DNA of 64,000 nucleotides from Eledone cirrhosa (Eukaryota): positions 16,616,001-16,680,000 of the forward strand of contig OZ024753.1 in assembly GCA_964016885.1 (NCBI GenBank), read 5' to 3'. Positions 48,201 to 61,985 of this stretch are shown here, piece after piece. Positions within the stretch are counted from its first letter, which is position 1; every line of letters begins with the position of its first letter. Position numbers and translations under genes: made by a program. The notes beneath the pieces are model-generated. The model was given only the letters and a program-made list of their open reading frames with translations. It did not search any database and had not been told where the DNA came from.

Positions 48201-51200
48201 CGTGACCAGCCTCCATTTCTCTTGTTACTAAGACAGATCCTCTCTTAATGCAGTTCTTCCAGCTCTCCCGTGACCAGCCTCCATTTCTCTTGTTACTAAG
48301 ACATATCCTCTCTTAATACAGTTCTTCCAGCTCTCCCGTGGCCAGCCTCCATTTCTCTTATTACTAAGACAGATCCTCTCTTAATACAGTTCTTCCAGCT
48401 CTCCCGTGACCAGCCTCCATTTCTCTTATTACTAAGACATATCCTCTCTTAATACAGTTCTTCCAGCTCTCCCGTGGCCAGCCTCCATTTCTCTTATTAC
48501 TAAGACAGATCCTCTCTTAATACAGTTCTTTCAGCTCTCCCGTGACCAGCCTCCATTTCTCTTATTACTAAGACAGATCCTCTCTTAATACAGTTCTTCC
48601 AGCTCTCCCGTGGCCAGCCTCCATTTCTCTTATTACTAAGACAGATCCTCTCTTAATACAGTTCTTCCAGCTCTCCCGTGACCAGCCTCCATTTCTCTTG
48701 TTACTAAGACAGATCCTCTCTTAATACAGTTCTTCCAGCTCTCCCGTGGCCAGCTTCCATTTCTCTTATTACTAAGACAGATCCTCTCTTAATACAGTTC
48801 TTCCAGCTCTCCCGTGGCCAGCCTCCATTTCTCTTATTACTAAGACAGATCCTCTCTTAATACAGTTCTTCCAGCTCTCCCGTGGCCAGCCTCCATTTCT
48901 CTTATTACTAAGACAGATCCTCTCTTAATACAGTTCTTCCAGCTCTCCCGTGGCCAGCTTCCATTTCTCTTATTACTAAGACAGATCCTCTCTTAATACA
49001 GTTCTTCCAGCTCTCCCGTGGCCAGCCTCCATTTCTCTTATTACTAAGACAGATCCTCTCTTAATACAGTTCTTCCAGCTCTCCCGTGGCCAGCCTCCAT
49101 TTCTCTTATTACTAAGACAGATCCTCTCTTAATACAGTTCTTCCAGCTCTCCCGTGACCAGCCTCCATTTCTCTTGTTACTAAGACAGATCCTCTCTTAA
49201 TACAGTTCTTCCAGCTCTCCCGTGGCCAGCTTCCATTTCTCTTATTACTAAGACAGATCCTCTCATAATACAGTTCTTCCAGCTCTCCCGTGGCCAGCCG
49301 CCATTTCTCTTATTACTAAGACAGATCCTCTCTTAATACAGTTCTTCCAGCTCTCCCGTGGCCAGCCTCCATTTCTCTTATTACTAAGACAGATCCTCTC
49401 TTAATGCAGTTCTTCCAGCTCTCCCGTGGCCAGCCTCCATTTCTCTTATTACTAAGACAGATCCTCTCATAATACAGTTCTTCCAGCTCTCCCGTGGCCA
49501 GCCTCCATTTCTCTTATTACTAAGACATATCCTCTCTTAATACAGTTCTTCCAGCTCTCCCGTGGCCAGCCTCCATTTCTCTTATTACTAAGACAGATCC
49601 TCTCTTAATACAGTTCTTTCAGCTCTCCCGTGGCCAGCCTCCATTTCTCTTATTAATAAGACAGATCGTCTCTTAATGCAGTTCTTCCAGCTCTCCCGTG
49701 GCCAGCCTCCATTTCTCTTATTACTAAGACAGATCCTCTCTTAATGCAGTTCTTCCAGCTCTCCCGTGGCCAGCCTCCATTTCTCTTATTACTAAGACAG
49801 ATCCTCTCTTAATGCTGTTCTTCCAGCTCTCCCGTGACCAGCCTCCATTTCTCTTATTACTAAGACAGATCCTCTCTTAATACAGTTCTTCCAGCTCTCC
49901 CGTGGCCAGCCTCCATTTCTCTTATTACTAAGACAGATCCTCTCTTAATGCAGTTCTTCCAGCTCTCCCGTGGCCAGCCTCCATTTCTCTTATTACTAAG
50001 ACAGATCCTCTCTTAATGTTGTTCTTCTAGCTCTCCCGTGACCAGCCTCCATTTCTCTTATTACTAAGACAGATCCTCTCATAATACAGTTCTTCCAGCT
50101 CTCCCGTGGCCAGCCTCCATTTCTCTTGTTACTACCACAGATCCTCTCTTAATACAGTTCTTCCAGCTCTCCCGTGACCAGCCTCCATTTCTCTTATTAC
50201 TAAGACAGATCCTCTCTTAATACAGTTCTTCCAGCTCTCCCGTGACCAGCCTCCATTTCTCTTATTACTAAGACAGATCCTCTCTTAATGCAGTTCTTCC
50301 AGCTCTCCCGTGACCAGCCTCCATTTCTCTTGTTACTAAGACAGATCCTCTCTTAATACAGTTCTTCCAGCTCTCCCGTGGCCAGCCTCCATTTCTCTTA
50401 TTACTAAGACATATCCTCTCTTAATACAGTTCTTCCAGCTCTCCCGTGGCCAGCCTCCATTTCTCTTATTACTAAGACAGATCCTCTCTTAATACAGTTC
50501 TTCCAGCTCTCCCGTGACCAGCCTCCATTTCTCTTGTTACTAAGACAGATCCTCTCTTAATACAGTTCTTCCAGCTCTCCCGTGGCCAGCTTCCATTTCT
50601 CTTATTACTAAGACATATCCTCTCTTAATACAGTTCTTCCAGCTCTCCCGTGGCCAGCCTCCATTTCTCTTATTACTAAGACAGATCCTCTCTTAATACA
50701 GTTCTTCCAGCTCTCCCGTGACCAGCCTCCATTTCTCTTGTTACTACCACAGATCCTCTCTTAATACAGTTCTTCCAGCTCTCCCGTGACCAGCCTCCAT
50801 TTCTCTTATTACTAAGACAGATCCTCTCTTAATACAGTTCTTCCAGCTCTCCCGTGACCAGCCTCCATTTCTCTTGTTACTACCACAGATCCTCTCTTAA
50901 TACAGTTCTTCCAGCTCTCCCGTGACCAGCCTCCATTTCTCTTGTTACTAAGACAGATCCTCTCTTAATACAGTTCTTCCAGCTCTCCCGTGACCAGCCT
51001 CCATTTCTCTTATTACTAAGACAGATCCTCTATTAATACAGTTCTTCCAGCTCTCCCGTGGCCAGCCTCCATTTCTCTTATTACTAAGACAGATCCTCTC
51101 TTAATACAGTTCTTCCAGCTCTCCCGTGGCCAGCCTCCATTTCTCTTATTACTAAGACAGATCCTCTCTTAATACAGTTCTTCCAGCTCTCCCGTGGCCA

Positions 51201-54200
51201 GCCTCCATTTCTCTTATTACTAAGACAGATCCTCTCTTAATACAGTTCTTCCAGCTCTCCCGTGACCAGCCTCCATTTCTCTTATTACTAAGACATATCC
51301 TCTCTTAATACAGTTCTTCCAGCTCTCCCGTGGCCAGCCTCCATTTCTCTTATTACTAAGACAGATCCTCTCTTAATACAGTTCTTTCAGCTCTCCCGTG
51401 ACCAGCCTCCATTTCTCTTATTACTAAGACAGATCCTCTCTTAATACAGTTCTTCCAGCTCTCCCGTGGCCTGCCTCCATTTCTCTTATTACTAAGACAG
51501 ATCCTCTCTTAATACAGTTCTTCCAGCTCTCCCGTGGCCAGCCTCCATTTCTCTTATTACTAAGACAGATCCTCTCTTAATACAGTTCTTCCAGCTCTCC
51601 CGTGGCCAGCCTCCATTTCTCTTATTACTAAGACAGATCCTCTCTTAATACAGTTCTTCCAGCTCTCCCGTGACCAGCCTCCATTTCTCTTGTTACTAAG
51701 ACAGATCCTCTCTTAATACAGTTCTTCCAGCTCTCCCGTGGCCAGCTTCCATTTCTCTTATTACTAAGACAGATCCTCTCTTAATACAGTTCTTCCAGCT
51801 CTCCCGTGGCCAGCCTCCATTTCTCTTATTACTAAGACAGATCCTCTCTTAATACAGTTCTTCCAGCTCTCCCGTGACCAGCCTCCATTTCTCTTGTTAC
51901 TAAGACAGATCCTCTCTTAATACAGTTCTTCCAGCTCTCCCGTGGCCAGCTTCCATTTCTCTTATTACTAAGACAGATCCTCTCTTAATACAGTTCTTCC
52001 AGCTCTCCCGTGGCCAGCCTCCATTTCTCTTATTACTAAGACAGATCCTCTCTTAATACAGTTCTTCCAGCTCTCCCGTGGCCAGCCTCCATTTCTCTTA
52101 TTACTAAGACAGATCCTCTCTTAATACAGTTCTTCCAGCTCTCCCGTGACCAGCCTCCATTTCTCTTGTTACTAAGACAGATCCTCTCTTAATACAGTTC
52201 TTCCAGCTCTCCCGTGGCCAGCTTCCATTTCTCTTATTACTAAGACAGATCCTCTCATAATACAGTTCTTCCAGCTCTCCCGTGGCCAGCCGCCATTTCT
52301 CTTATTACTAAGACAGATCCTCTCTTAATACAGTTCTTCCAGCTCTCCCGTGGCCAGCTTCCATTTCTCTTATTACTAAGACAGATCCTCTCATAATACA
52401 GTTCTTCCAGCTCTCCCGTGGCCAGCCGCCATTTCTCTTATTACTAAGACAGATCCTCTCTTAATACAGTTCTTCCAGCTCTCCCGTGGCCAGCCTCCAT
52501 TTCTCTTATTACTAAGACAGATCCTCTCTTAATACAGTTCTTTCAGCTCTCCCGTGGCCAGCCTCCATTTCTCTTATTAATAAGACAGATCGTCTCTTAA
52601 TGCAGTTCTTCCAGCTCTCCCGTGGCCAGCCTCCATTTCTCTTATTACTAAGACAGATCCTCTCTTAATGCAGTTCTTCCAGCTCTCCCGTGGCCAGCCT
52701 CCATTTCTCTTATTACTAAGACAGATCCTCTCTTAATGCTGTTCTTCCAGCTCTCCCGTGACCAGCCTCCATTTCTCTTATTACTAAGACAGATCCTCTC
52801 TTAATACAGTTCTTCCAGCTCTCCCGTGGCCAGCCTCCATTTCTCTTATTACTAAGACAGATCCTCTCTTAATGCAGTTCTTCCAGCTCTCCCGTGGCCA
52901 GCCTCCATTTCTCTTATTACTAAGACAGATCCTCTCTTAATGCTGTTCTTCTAGCTCTCCCGTGACCAGCCTCCATTTCTCTTATTACTAAGACAGATCC
53001 TCTCATAATACAGTTCTTCCAGCTCTCCCGTGGCCAGCCTCCATTTCTCTTGTTACTACCACAGATCCTCTCTTAATACAGTTCTTCCAGCTCTCCCGTG
53101 ACCAGCCTCCATTTCTCTTATTACTAAGACAGATCCTCTCTTAATACAGTTCTTCCAGCTCTCCCGTGACCAGCCTCCATTTCTCTTATTACTAAGACAG
53201 ATCCTCTCTTAATGCAGTTCTTCCAGCTCTCCCGTGACCAGCCTCCATTTCTCTTATTACTAAGACAGATCCTCTCTTAATACAGTTCTTCCAGCTCTCC
53301 CGTGACCAGCCTCCATTTCTCTTATTACTAAGACAGATCCTCTCTTAATACAGTTCTTCCAGCTCTCCCGTGACCAGCCTCCATTTCTCTTATTACTAAG
53401 ACAGATCCTCTCTTAATGCAGTTCTTCCAGCTCTCCCGTGGCCAGCCTCCATTTCTCTTGTTACTAAGACAGATCCTCTCTTAATACAGTTCTTCCAGCT
53501 CTCCCGTGGCCAGCCTCCATTTCTCTTATTACTAAGACATATCCTCTCTTAATACAGTTCTTCCAGCTCTCCCGTGGCCAGCCTCCATTTCTCTTATTAC
53601 TAAGACAGATCCTCTCATAATACAGTTCTTCCAGCTCTCCCGTGACCAGCCTCCATTTCTCTTATTACTAAGACAGATCCTCTCTTAATGCAGTTCTTCC
53701 AGCTCTCCCGTGACCAGCCTCCATTTCTCTTATTACTAAGACAGATCCTCTCTTAATACAGTTCTTCCAGCTCTCCCGTGACCAGCCTCCATTTCTCTTG
53801 TTACTAAGACAGATCCTCTCTTAATACAGTTCTTCCAGCTCTCCCGTGGCCAGCCTCCATTTCTCTTATTACTAAGACATATCCTCTCTTAATACAGTTC
53901 TTCCAGCTCTCCCGTGACCAGCCTCCATTTCTCTTGTTACTAAGACAGATCCTCTCTTAATACAGTTCTTCCAGCTCTCCCGTGGCCAGCCTCCATTTCT
54001 CTTATTACTAAGACAGATCCTCTCTTAATACAGTTCTTCCAGCTCTCCCGTGACCAGCCTCCATTTCTCTTGTTACTAAGACAGATCCTCTCTTAATACA
54101 GTTCTTCCAGCTCTCCCGTGGCCAGCTTCCATTTCTCTTATTACTAAGACAGATCCTCTCATAATACAGTTCTTCCAGCTCTCCCGTGGCCAGCCTCCAT

Positions 54201-57200
54201 TTCTCCTATTACTAAGACAGATCCTCTCTTAATACAGTTCTTCCAGCTCTCCCGTGACCAGCCTCCATTTCTCTTGTTACTAAGACAGATCCTCTCTTAA
54301 TACAGTTCTTCCAGCTCTCCCGTGGCCAGCTTCCATTTCTCTTATTACTAAGACATATCCTCTCTTAATACAGTTCTTCCAGCTCTCCCGTGGCCAGCCT
54401 CCATTTCTCTTATTACTAAGACAGATCCTCTCTTAATACAGTTCTTCCAGCTCTCCCGTGACCAGCCTCCATTTCTCTTGTTACTACCACAGATCCTCTC
54501 TTAATACAGTTCTTCCAGCTCTCCCGTGACCAGCCTCCATTTCTCTTATTACTAAGACAGATCCTCTCTTAATACAGTTCTTCCAGCTCTCCCGTGACCA
54601 GCCTCCATTTCTCTTGTTACTACCACAGATCCTCTCTTAATACAGTTCTTCCAGCTCTCCCGTGACCAGCCTCCATTTCTCTTGTTACTAAGACAGATCC
54701 TCTCTTAATACAGTTCTTCCAGCTCTCCCGTGACCAGCCTCCATTTCTCTTATTACTAAGACAGATCCTCTCTTAATACAGTTCTTCCAGCTCTCCCGTG
54801 GCCAGCCTCCATTTCTCTTATTACTAAGACAGATCCTCTCTTAATACAGTTCTTCCAGCTCTCCCGTGGCCAGCCTCCATTTCTCTTATTACTAAGACAG
54901 ATCCTCTCTTAATACAGTTCTTCCAGCTCTCCCGTGGCCAGCCTCCATTTCTCTTATTACTAAGACAGATCCTCTCTTAATACAGTTCTTCCAGCTCTCC
55001 CGTGACCAGCCTCCATTTCTCTTATTACTAAGACATATCCTCTCTTAATACAGTTCTTCCAGCTCTCCCGTGGCCAGCCTCCATTTCTCTTATTACTAAG
55101 ACAGATCCTCTCTTAATACAGTTCTTTCAGCTCTCCCGTGACCAGCCTCCATTTCTCTTATTACTAAGACAGATCCTCTCTTAATACAGTTCTTCCAGCT
55201 CTCCCGTGGCCAGCCTCCATTTCTCTTATTACTAAGACAGATCCTCTCTTAATACAGTTCTTCCAGCTCTCCCGTGGCCAGCCTCCATTTCTCTTATTAC
55301 TAAGACAGATCCTCTCTTAATACAGTTCTTCCAGCTCTCCCGTGGCCAGCCTCCATTTCTCTTATTACTAAGACAGATCCTCTCTTAATACAGTTCTTCC
55401 AGCTCTCCCGTGACCAGCCTCCATTTCTCTTGTTACTAAGACAGATCCTCTCTTAATACAGTTCTTCCAGCTCTCCCGTGGCCAGCTTCCATTTCTCTTA
55501 TTACTAAGACAGATCCTCTCTTAATACAGTTCTTCCAGCTCTCCCGTGGCCAGCCTCCATTTCTCTTATTACTAAGACAGATCCTCTCTTAATACAGTTC
55601 TTCCAGCTCTCCCGTGACCAGCCTCCATTTCTCTTGTTACTAAGACAGATCCTCTCTTAATACAGTTCTTCCAGCTCTCCCGTGGCCAGCTTCCATTTCT
55701 CTTATTACTAAGACAGATCCTCTCTTAATACAGTTCTTCCAGCTCTCCCGTGGCCAGCCTCCATTTCTCTTATTACTAAGACAGATCCTCTCTTAATACA
55801 GTTCTTCCAGCTCTCCCGTGGCCAGCCTCCATTTCTCTTATTACTAAGACAGATCCTCTCTTAATACAGTTCTTCCAGCTCTCCCGTGACCAGCCTCCAT
55901 TTCTCTTGTTACTAAGACAGATCCTCTCTTAATACAGTTCTTCCAGCTCTCCCGTGGCCAGCTTCCATTTCTCTTATTACTAAGACAGATCCTCTCATAA
56001 TACAGTTCTTCCAGCTCTCCCGTGGCCAGCCGCCATTTCTCTTATTACTAAGACAGATCCTCTCTTAATACAGTTCTTCCAGCTCTCCCGTGGCCAGCCT
56101 CCATTTCTCTTATTACTAAGACAGATCCTCTCTTAATACAGTTCTTTCAGCTCTCCCGTGGCCAGCCTCCATTTCTCTTATTAATAAGACAGATCGTCTC
56201 TTAATGCAGTTCTTCCAGCTCTCCCGTGGCCAGCCTCCATTTCTCTTATTACTAAGACAGATCCTCTCTTAATGCAGTTCTTCCAGCTCTCCCGTGGCCA
56301 GCCTCCATTTCTCTTATTACTAAGACAGATCCTCTCTTAATGCTGTTCTTCCAGCTCTCCCGTGACCAGCCTCCATTTCTCTTATTACTAAGACAGATCC
56401 TCTCTTAATACAGTTCTTCCAGCTCTCCCGTGGCCAGCCTCCATTTCTCTTATTACTAAGACAGATCCTCTCTTAATGCAGTTCTTCCAGCTCTCCCGTG
56501 GCCAGCCTCCATTTCTCTTATTACTAAGACAGATCCTCTCTTAATGCTGTTCTTCTAGCTCTCCCGTGACCAGCCTCCATTTCTCTTATTACTAAGACAG
56601 ATCCTCTCATAATACAGTTCTTCCAGCTCTCCCGTGGCCAGCCTCCATTTCTCTTGTTACTACCACAGATCCTCTCTTAATACAGTTCTTCCAGCTCTCC
56701 CGTGACCAGCCTCCATTTCTCTTATTACTAAGACAGATCCTCTCTTAATACAGTTCTTCCAGCTCTCCCGTGACCAGCCTCCATTTCTCTTATTACTAAG
56801 ACAGATGCTCTCTTAATGCAGTTCTTCCAGCTCTCCCGTGACCAGCCTCCATTTCTCTTATTACTAAGACAGATCCTCTCTTAATACAGTTCTTCCAGCT
56901 CTCCCGTGACCAGCCTCCATTTCTCTTATTACTAAGACAGATCCTCTCTTAATACAGTTCTTCCAGCTCTCCCGTGACCAGCCTCCATTTCTCTTATTAC
57001 TAAGACAGATCCTCTCTTAATGCAGTTCTTCCAGCTCTCCCGTGGCCAGCCTCCATTTCTCTTGTTACTAAGACAGATCCTCTCTTAATACAGTTCTTCC
57101 AGCTCTCCCGTGGCCAGCCTCCATTTCTCTTATTACTAAGACATATCCTCTCTTAATACAGTTCTTCCAGCTCTCCCGTGGCCAGCCTCCATTTCTCTTA

Positions 57201-58160
57201 TTACTAAGACAGATCCTCTCATAATACAGTTCTTCCAGCTCTCCCGTGACCAGCCTCCATTTCTCTTATTACTAAGACAGATCCTCTCTTAATGCAGTTC
57301 TTCCAGCTCTCCCGTGACCAGCCTCCATTTCTCTTATTACTAAGACAGATCCTCTCTTAATACAGTTCTTCCAGCTCTCCCGTGACCAGCCTCCATTTCT
57401 CTTGTTACTAAGACAGATCCTCTCTTAATACAGTTCTTCCAGCTCTCCCGTGGCCAGCCTCCATTTCTCTTATTACTAAGACATATCCTCTCTTAATACA
57501 GTTCTTCCAGCTCTCCCGTGACCAGCCTCCATTTCTCTTGTTACTAAGACAGATCCTCTCTTAATACAGTTCTTCCAGCTCTCCCGTGGCCAGCCTCCAT
57601 TTCTCTTATTACTAAGACAGATCCTCTCTTAATACAGTTCTTCCAGCTCTCCCGTGACCAGCCTCCATTTCTCTTGTTACTAAGACAGATCCTCTCTTAA
57701 TACAGTTCTTCCAGCTCTCCCGTGGCCAGCTTCCATTTCTCTTATTACTAAGACAGATCCTCTCATAATACAGTTCTTCCAGCTCTCCCGTGGCCAGCCT
57801 CCATTTCTCCTATTACTAAGACAGATCCTCTCTTAATACAGTTCTTCCAGCTCTCCCGTGGCCAGCCTCCATTTCTCTTATTACTAAGACAGATCCTCTC
57901 TTAATGCAGTTCTTCAGCTCTCCCGTGGCCAGCCTCCATTTCTCTTATTACTAAGACAGATCCTCTCTTAATACAGTTCTTCCAGCTCTCCCGTGGCCAG
58001 CCTCCATTTCTCTTGTTACTAAGACAGATCCTCTCTTAATGCAGTTCTTCCAGCCTCCATTTCTCTTGTTACGTGGTAATTCGCTAAACAGGAGTTGCTT
58101 TGGAAGGCAACTCTCGTCTGGTATACATCATGTACCAATACACTTATATTACCTGAACTA
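42230..58160 (-). pseudogene. Decayed RTE-type LINE ORF2 C-terminus split by the 68-bp satellite
   Basis: Right flank IPDESCLPKQLLFSELPR, unit NKRNGGWPRESWKNCI/REDLS, left flank FGFNLSTWHYLTASCRGWRK.../ELQLAQRGDSCRRRH. Confidence 0.72.
42382..58071. repeat. 68-bp satellite, ~230 copies (15.7 kb), with higher-order duplications
   Basis: Unit agacagatcctctcttaatacagttcttccagctctcccgtggccagcctccatttctcttattacta; rare variants recur at 476, 2108, 2924 and 3604 bp (7, 31, 43 and 53 units). Confidence 0.98.
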
Positions 58161-58409
58161 CAAAGATTATCATTGAGTGGAGGAGTAACAAACATAACAA
58201 TCTCTCTAACCCTGGCACCACAATAAAATGTCACCAATACATTCTGAGAGTAGACACGTCAGGTGACTATGTCCTGGTATGCTAATTCTCCATCTTTGGT
58301 ATGGTCTTCTTAATGCCAACTACTTACTATATAGAGCATGTTAGGTGCATTTTACCATGACATCAGCACTACTCTCTCTTTCTCTTTCTTCTTTATATAT
58401 ATATACAAT

Positions 58410-58748
58410 GGAGACACATGGCTTAGTGGTTAGAGCATTGGTCTTGCAATCGAAAGGTTGTGAGTTCAATTCTCAGACAGGGTGATGTGTTGTTTCCTTG
58501 AGCAAGACACTTTATTTCACATTGCTCCAGTTTACTCAGCTGTAGAAATGAGGTGATAGGGACTGGGGTCCCTATCATTCCACTGCAAAGTGGTCGTGGA
58601 GGTGCCACGGCAAAAAAGCACCCAGCACTCACTGTAAATGAGGTTGGTGTTAGGAAGGGCATCCAGCTGTAGAAATCAAGCCTGAATCAGTTCCCGTCCC
58701 ACCCTTGCAAGCAGGAAAAAAGCGGACGTAAAATGAAATGATGATGAT
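58410..58748 (+). mobile_element. SINE family A, full length
   Basis: Matches the other copies. Confidence 0.92.
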
Positions 58749-58930
58749 ATATATATGTATATTTACTTACATAATAAACAACACAATATAATGATTTCAT
58801 TACCGAAGGTTTCAAGAAACTAGATAATTCTTGTAAGAAACATCCAGCTTGTTTGTCAGACAATTGTATATATATATATCATGTACATATAACTGATCTC
58901 TTGCAATTTTACAAAGCATTACGAGTAACA

Positions 58931-59181
58931 ATATAAGGAAAAGAATTTGAAAATGCAACTGGAGTCTTTTAAGAGTATTTATTTACTTTACCGGTTTCAC
59001 AGTTCTTATAATTATCAAAAGTAAAATTGAGATGGAGGGTTTGTGTTTCTCATTGTAGTGACCACAACAGAAACACAATCCCTCCATTTCAATTTTACTT
59101 TTGAAAATCATAAGACCTGAAACCAGTAAAGTAAATAAATATTCTTAAAAGACTCCAGTTGCATTTTCAAATTCTTTTCCT

Positions 59182-59187
<6 letters not shown>
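58931..59187. repeat. TA-flanked palindrome carrying two degenerate hammerhead cores in opposite orientation
   Basis: Left arm (minus) TTTACTT-TTGATAA...GAAAC-CG-GTA-AAGTAAA; right arm TTACTT-TTGAAAA...GAAAC-CA-GTA-AAGTAA; stem II is poorly formed. Confidence 0.75.
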
Positions 59188-59212
<25 letters not shown>

Positions 59213-59853
59213 TATAATATATAATATGTATGTATAGACCATAATTTCTTAAGTTTCCAACTACCAATGCCATGAAGGTCACTACAGAAAACTACAGAGA
59301 ACTACATAAAAGACATAGAGTGGAATTTGATCCTATGTCTATGTGTGTAATTAAACTATATTTTATCAAAGATAAAGAGAGAGAAAATTGAATAAGAATC
59401 ATTAATATAATATTTGTATTTAACCTTGATTGTGTTGTGTTGAGTGCACAATTGGATGGTGGTGGTGGTGGTGGGTGATGGTAGTGTGCTGGGGGGGGGG
59501 GGCTGTAGTGGAATGTTGGGTGCAGTTATGTGTGTTGGGGTGGGGGTGGATTGTAGGGTGTTAGTGGTATGTGTGGTGGTGGGTGGGTGGGCGGGTGATA
59601 CAGGAGGTGTGTTCAGTGGTGGGGTGGGTTGAAGAGTTTAGTCGGGTGTTAGTGGTTTGTGGGGATGTGGGGCTAGTTTGAGGTGTGGTGGGATGGTTTG
59701 TTGGGTGGTGGTGGGACGGTTTGTAGGGTGTAAGTGGTATGTGGAGTGGTGGATGGTAGTTGAGGGGTGTTGGGTCAACTACAAGGTAATTAATTAATTT
59801 GGTGGACTGATAAAAAGTATTACGTTTACAGTATTTCTGAACCTATGAGTTAC

Positions 59854-59895
59854 CCTATTTCTACTGAAGATGCTGCCCATGCTTTTCAAATAATA
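59854..59895 (-). other. Candidate small exon (YYLKSMGSIFSRNR)
   Basis: Acceptor ttctttattttcag and donor AGG|GTAACT; contains ATG GGC AGC ATC TTC AGT (MGSIFS). Confidence 0.3.
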
Positions 59896-60094
59896 CTGAA
59901 AATAAAGAATTTCAAAGGATTTAATGATATAATTAGCAATTATTAAGTTGGTGCCTGGTATATAAACTAATGTACTTACATATAACTCTGATGGACAGCT
60001 TTTAACTAAATATAAACATTTGAAACAATCTGTTACCATGTTTCTAATAAAAGACGCTGTTTATGAGTTTCAAATATTTTAGAAAATAATCAAC

Positions 60095-60290
60095 ATTGAT
60101 GATAGGAATAGAGATAGTGAAGAGAAATGGAATGAGATGGTTGAGTCATGTGTTGAGGAAGGATGAAAGTGACTGGGTTAGAAGAGTGATGGAAATGAAT
60201 GTGGAAGGATATTGTGTGAAGGGAAGACTAAGAAAGATGATGGAGGAGGAATTGAAGGCCAGAGATTTGGTGAGGGATGTGTGTAGACAA
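60095..60290 (+). pseudogene. RTE LINE ORF2 C-terminal relic
   Basis: MRWLSHVLRKDESDWVRRVMEMNVEG...GRLRK. Confidence 0.75.
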
Positions 60291-60354
60291 TTGTAGAAAA
60301 TGTAGAATCTTTCCATAGAACTTCAAAAGATGTCCGCAGGGAAAATAGCTTTAA

Positions 60355-60941
60355 TCCTTTTGAATCAGAATTGCCTGAAACAGTCCTTGTTCTACTACAC
60401 AAAGCTGTTTATTTTAAAACGTTTAAAAACCTCTCCATCATAATTTTATGTAAGAACCTTTGTTAAGCTATGTTCCAAACACCAGCTAAATAATGTAAAA
60501 ATTAGTTGTATTACTAAATCTCTTCAATGTTTTGATTATTTTCAAAATTATTTGATAATCTTAGGCAACATCTTTCATTAGAAATATAACAAAAGGGTTA
60601 AGGACATAGGCAGAGTCCTTCATGGTTATGGATAGAAGCAGTAGCCTTCACAGTTAAGGAGAGAAGCAGTGGCCTTCAGGGGTAAGGAGTTAAGCAGTGT
60701 CTTTCAGTAAAAATATTGTAACAAAAGTGTTAACCCTTCAGCATTTAAACCAGCCATATCCAGCCAGAATTCTCTCGCCTATTTCTGTTCGAACCGGCTG
60801 TAACTGACCACTCATACTGACGTTAAGGTATTGTTCTCAAAATAAATAATATCAAAATGTGATAGATTCGATATTATGTGAAGTAAAGCCTTTACCATGA
60901 AAATATAGTAGTAAATATAGAGTAATGTAAATGGTAAAGGA
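60355..60941. mobile_element. Two piggyBac-like MITEs (60355-60597 and 60734-60941)
   Basis: TTAA-bounded and homologous to 8998-9240 and 4341-4560 respectively. Confidence 0.65.
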
Positions 60942-61014
60942 TTAAGGACAGCGGCAGTGTCTTTCAGTATAAATATGATAACAAAATCGTTAAAACACTG
61001 GTACTGGTAACTCA

Positions 61015-61155
61015 CCTCTAAATTCTTCTGATTCTGATTTTTGAAATGGTAATGAAAAATCTTTGTTCTTGTTTTCTGCGACTTTGATAAAGGAATAGGA
61101 TTTAACCCTAGGTCAATGTTGGTCAAGCATGACCACGACCGTGGTCGGTGGTCTT
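61015..61155 (-). other. Candidate exon ending at a consensus donor
   Basis: GAG|GTGAGT at 61015/61014 in unique sequence; phase-0 compatible with 59854-59895; 5' boundary unclear. Confidence 0.28.
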
Positions 61156-61189
61156 ACAGGATCACTTTTGAACTTCAAAATCAATCCAC

Positions 61190-61985
61190 CCTTATACCCA
61201 CCTACCCACCATACTAAACCCACCTGTCATAAGATCCACCCTACCTAACAATCCACCAAATCGGCTAACCACTCTCACACCACCCACCCAACCACCAGAA
61301 CCTATGTACCCATCTACACATTCTCTCAACCATCCTCACTACCATACACCACCATCATCCAACCACCCCACCACCACCACCCTCACCACCCTCACCACTA
61401 TCCAACCATCCTCACCATGCTCACCCTCACCACCCTCACCACCATCCAACCATCCTCACCACCAACCTTACTACCATACTACCACCCTCACCACCATCCA
61501 ACTACCCTCACCACCGTCCAATCACCTCACCACCTTCACCACCTTCACCACCATCCAACCACCCTCACCACCATCCAACCACCCTCACCACCATCCACCC
61601 ACCTCACCACCCTGACTCTACCCTCACCACCATCAACCACCCTCACCACTACCAACACATTCACCCCCCAATCACCCCACAACCACCCTCACCACCACCA
61701 TCCTCACCACCACCACCACCATCTTCACCATCCTCACCACCACCCTCACCACCATCAACCACCCTCACCACCACCATCACCATCTTCACCATCCTCACCA
61801 CCATCTTTAGCACCATCCAAACACCAGCGTCACCAACACCCTCAATACCACCAACCATCCTCCCCACCCCACCACCACCCTCAATACCACCTCCCACTCC
61901 AACCATCCTCCCCACCCCACCACTGCCCTCAATACCCCCCCCCCCCTCCTTCCAACTATACACCCCACCCCACCACCACTCTCAC
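61190..61985. repeat. (CCA)n-derived low-complexity tract
   Basis: Directly visible. Confidence 0.92.

Noticed and set aside
42382-58071. CRISPR-like array or coding repeat
   Set aside because: No unique spacers, eukaryotic context, unit length 68 is not a multiple of 3, and stops are frequent.
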